A stretch of 64,000 nucleotides of DNA from Antedon mediterranea (lineage: Eukaryota > Animalia > Echinodermata), in assembly GCF_964355755.1 (NCBI RefSeq), contig NC_092680.1:15943045-16007044 (forward strand), given 5' to 3'. Of this stretch, positions 60,264 to 64,000 are shown piece after piece (within the stretch, counting starts at the first letter, position 1; every line of letters starts with the position of its first letter). The notes beneath the pieces are model-generated. The model saw nothing but the letters and a program-made list of their open reading frames with translations. It was not told the DNA's origin and made no database searches. Position numbers and translations under genes: made by a program.

Positions 60264-62947
60264 GTTGAATAAAAGTCCTATTGAAGTCACAGAAGACAGC
60301 GAGTATACAATTTAAGTATTGGAATTTCAAAATGGCTTAGTAAACTTGTAACAGGTCTTTTATACTATTTTTAATATAAAAATAGATATTGAAATGTACA
60401 TCAGTAAGTTATCACAATTATTAATCCTTTCCTATATTAATATTGAGAAGGTTAGTCGAGAAGGTGCATTTTCGAAGGTCGACGTGTAATGCAGATGAAC
60501 AATACGTTTACCTTGATTGAATTGGTACCATTAGACTACAGTATTTCAAGGTGTTGTTGCTTACGTCATAATCATACTGGTAATTATAATATTATGATTT
60601 TTTAAATATTATACAATCTATATTATACACAATTTTCACATATTTTGAATAAAAAATATGATTGTTTATATAATTATATATAATATTTGTTTTACAAAAG
60701 AAACACATTTACTTGCTTTCCGTTATTTCACAATAATGTTTTTTTTTCTCCACCTTAGGGCATAGCATACGTTTATTTTTCTTAATCCGATACGATCTTC
60801 AGAAATAGGAACATACTATTCAGCATTTCTTTTTTTCATATCTTATCAAAATCAAAATTATTAATTTCTTTTTTTTTTTTGTCTTATGTGGGTTCAGCTT
60901 TTATTTCCATCATGTAACTTTTCATATATTTGTATTTTTGTTATCATATGTTTACATAGATGATTTTGTTGTTGGAATCATTTCTCTGCCCAGTATCATT
61001 ATTTACTATAATTTTTGTTGATTTTTATACATATCTTCTTTTAATATATTAGTTCTTATATATAGGTTCTACATATATTCTTTTGTTTATTAATTAATTA
61101 ATTAAATAATTTCTTATACAATAAATATTATGAAAACAATATTACAGTTCGTTTATGAACTTGTATCTTGCATAATTACTGAACGTGTAGAAAGTACATG
61201 ATGTATGTAAGTCATTATACGCATATTAACCTTGCAGATACAAGGCTGACATGAATAACGACCACAATAAATTGGTACGTAGTGTTATTTTTGACAATGA
61301 CTGCATTGCAACAACAAGAAGGAAGCGGGACCACGCATATCGTCGCTTTTCTAAAAGAGGGCGGTATTAGTAATTTACTTTTATTTATTATAATGCGATG
61401 ATCAAACATCATTGGTGGTTTTCTTCTACCCTTAAAGGTATGATGTAATTATTCAGACGATATTGCTAACCGAAAGTTATTGTTATATATACATAGTAGA
61501 CCCAACGAAGAATGACGTTATTCTGATAGATTTGTTTACTCGCTATTGTTCTTATAATCAATTTTGAAACATGTCGCTTGTCAATTATACATGATATCGA
61601 ATCCACTTTAAGTCATATTTTGTTTGAAAGAAATTATGATTAGAATATAAAGCATTTGTGAATAGTGTGAGTGGTTAGGCAATGTCCGATAATATACTAG
61701 ACTAAATCATCCTTTAGGGACATTTCGAGGCATTTGCTAGGCCTACAGACTTAATACACACTTGTGTACAAGTTCAACAGCTCTTTTTCTATTCGATTCA
61801 TAAAAAACAAACAAAATTCACAAACAAACAAACAACATGACAATACGTAATTATGTGATTTCTGAGCAGCACAAATTTAGTTATTTATTCCTAATTTGAG
61901 TTCTGGCGTAACGTCCCAATTTTCGAGGTTTTGTATCTTAACCAATCTAGACGATTTAAGGATTAACAAAAAGGTCAGAAGGAAGACAGAATGATCGTCA
62001 TTTAGAAGTTTAATAACATAGCCTACATTATTCTAAATCCATATTAAACATTTGAATTTATGATACGAAGTTAATTGAGGAATTAGTGAGTAGGCTTTTG
62101 CATCGACAACAGAAAGACTGTAATCAAAATCCACTATTATTTACATGTTATTTATCGTTATTAGTAATGCAACTTGGTTTTTATTTATAAATGAATCTGA
62201 ATCATTTACATTTTTTTACAAATAATCACTGAATATTGATTATTATTATTAGGCCTATATAAAACCTTCAGAACCTTAGCCCCTCCGAACTATCTCCACT
62301 CTACCATAGTCATCAATATACCATACTACGTGATCCAGCACACTCGACCCATTACATTATATATGTATAGGCCTACAAACAAACATACTTGGGGAAAAGT
62401 GGGGAAGATAACTAAAATTGGATTCAATATGGCGCATAGTGTTCAAATTATATATAAACATTTCCAGTACAATTGTGGTCATGTTAATACCCCATAAATA
62501 GGAAAATGTGTACAACGAAGAAACCTACAAACCTTTTCTCACTATCGTTCCATTTCTCATACATTACCTAATCCTTAATTAAACACACTATTACTTTGGT
62601 GACATTTGTTACACTTAAAATCGAAACTTTTGTTTAAGTTAAGAAAGTACCAATTCTTAAAACCCTCATCCGATTGAGTCATTTTAACAAGGTCTTTTAT
62701 TAGAACAATACTTTGACGGAAAGTAGTTGTCTGTCTCAATAATGGTCCTGAAACAAGTCACTTCCTAAATAGCCGTATTGGTAAAACAATAAACTAGTGT
62801 AAAGGCACAAAACATGACGTCACCCCAGGGTTTCGATTTGAAGTATAATTTAATATTTATATCGATAAAAGGAGATAAAAGAAAACCCATATTCTAAAAT
62901 ATACTCCTAACTTGACTACACACAACGTTTGTCGTCTTACATTAAAG

Positions 62948-63742
62948 ATGTCTTTACTTTACTTATGTATTTTTGTATTATATTCTGGAATTTACAATTG
63001 CAATGCTGCAGCATTGACAACGAAGCAACCGTTATACGAACGAGTTCAAGAGAAGATTGTGAAAACATTCGGAGACACTGTTGTATTGCACTGTAGTGTA
63101 AATCCTGCAATTGTCCACAGCACACTAATACAATGGGTCTTCGTAACTAACAACGACGAAGTGCTTACACAAGGAAAATTTCTGCAAACTTTAAATGTTA
63201 ACAAGAGATCTCGATATTCTGTGAGTGTAGATAACAATTTCCATCTACAGATAAAAAACATTCAATCAGAAGATGTGGGAACGTACATTTGTAGGTCAAT
63301 GTTCAGCATGGCAAGTTATGAAACTATTGCGACAAGGGTGCTTTTTGCAGACAATAAACAGCACAATGAACCACCAGTTTTAGAACAAACACATCAACAT
63401 CCTGCTAAACCATCAGAAGCACCAAAAGAAGAAGAAAGGATAACAGGACAATCCAGTGGACGAGAAGATGAAGAATCGCCAAAAGGAAGCAAACATTATG
63501 ACGCACTCTCTGTGTTTGGTCTTTTATGTGGAATCGCTCTAATAGTTGGAATTGTTGGATCAATAGCATGGAAGAATGGAAGGAAAAGTGGTAGAAAGAA
63601 TGTCGAGAAGACGACTGATGATGAACCTACAAAAGCTAGCTTGGCAGATTCAACGCGCAAAATACAAGTACCCAATGTGCGAATGATGCGGGGGTTAGAC
63701 AGCGACATGGAATGTAATAAAGCGAACGCGTACAGGTATTAA
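62948..63742 (+). CDS. Intronless single V-domain type-I receptor I
   Basis: First ATG at 62948 (MSLLYL). V domain LHC..IQW..RYSV..FHLQI..EDVGTYIC; charged stalk; TM LSVFGLLCGIALIVGIVGSIAW; short tail ending AYRY. Confidence 0.9.
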   Translation: MSLLYLCIFVLYSGIYNCNAAALTTKQPLYERVQEKIVKTFGDTVVLHCSVNPAIVHSTLIQWVFVTNNDEVLTQGKFLQTLNVNKRSRYSVSVDNNFHLQIKNIQSEDVGTYICRSMFSMASYETIATRVLFADNKQHNEPPVLEQTHQHPAKPSEAPKEEERITGQSSGREDEESPKGSKHYDALSVFGLLCGIALIVGIVGSIAWKNGRKSGRKNVEKTTDDEPTKASLADSTRKIQVPNVRMMRGLDSDMECNKANAYRY

Positions 63743-64000
63743 TCCCAGTTATGTATATAGTAGTTAACATAACCATCAATAAATTATTTCTTTCGTATTG
63801 TACTCATTTGATTAATACAACAATTTATTAGATACTATGCTACTCAGCCATGGCGTGATTGAGGTGTAAGGAAAAATCTTAACCCACGATTTGATTTTGC
63901 TTGTTTTTTTTTAAGTAGGCCTATGATTATAATAATTTATCAAAAGCTCTAGAAATCTTTTTATAAAACATAATGTTAACTTTTCTGTATATATTATTGT

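Noticed and set aside
3107-63708. Many antisense or overlapping short ORFs in the ORF track (for example 4003-4446, 31166-31576, 40115-40522, 45637-45978)
   Set aside because: They are shadows of real CDSs or of low-complexity DNA, with no domain features; many start at non-ATG codons.
7005-63742. V(D)J-like rearrangement signals around the V domains
   Set aside because: I saw isolated CACAGTG/CACTGTG words (for example ~29415, ~38204) but no properly spaced nonamer. The V domains are already joined to their G strands.

Overview
AT-rich eukaryotic (animal) genomic DNA, probably an invertebrate deuterostome such as an echinoderm (inference from composition and repeat types only). The window holds an array of ten single-exon type-I membrane protein genes. 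Seven paralogues have signal peptide + V-like Ig + C2-type Ig (with an extra conserved Cys pair) + third Ig + TM. One gene has a single V domain. Two recently duplicated genes have no Ig domain, but their TM is homologous to that of the single-V gene. The ectodomains align, while most cytoplasmic tails do not and carry different signalling motifs: ITIM + ITSM-like pair, ITAM-like pair, YMNM, NPxY, YxxP, PxxPxK and RVxF. The locus therefore looks like an intronless invertebrate immunoreceptor-type cluster with its own adaptor-like members. It also contains a ~250-bp V-domain copy bracketed by a 17-bp duplication. The intergenic DNA holds nested transposons (Kolobok-like in Kolobok-like with an L2-group LINE; Academ-like with a Tx1/L1 LINE), MITEs, SINE remnants and a tRNA-like gene. 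All family assignments are by eye; no database search was run.
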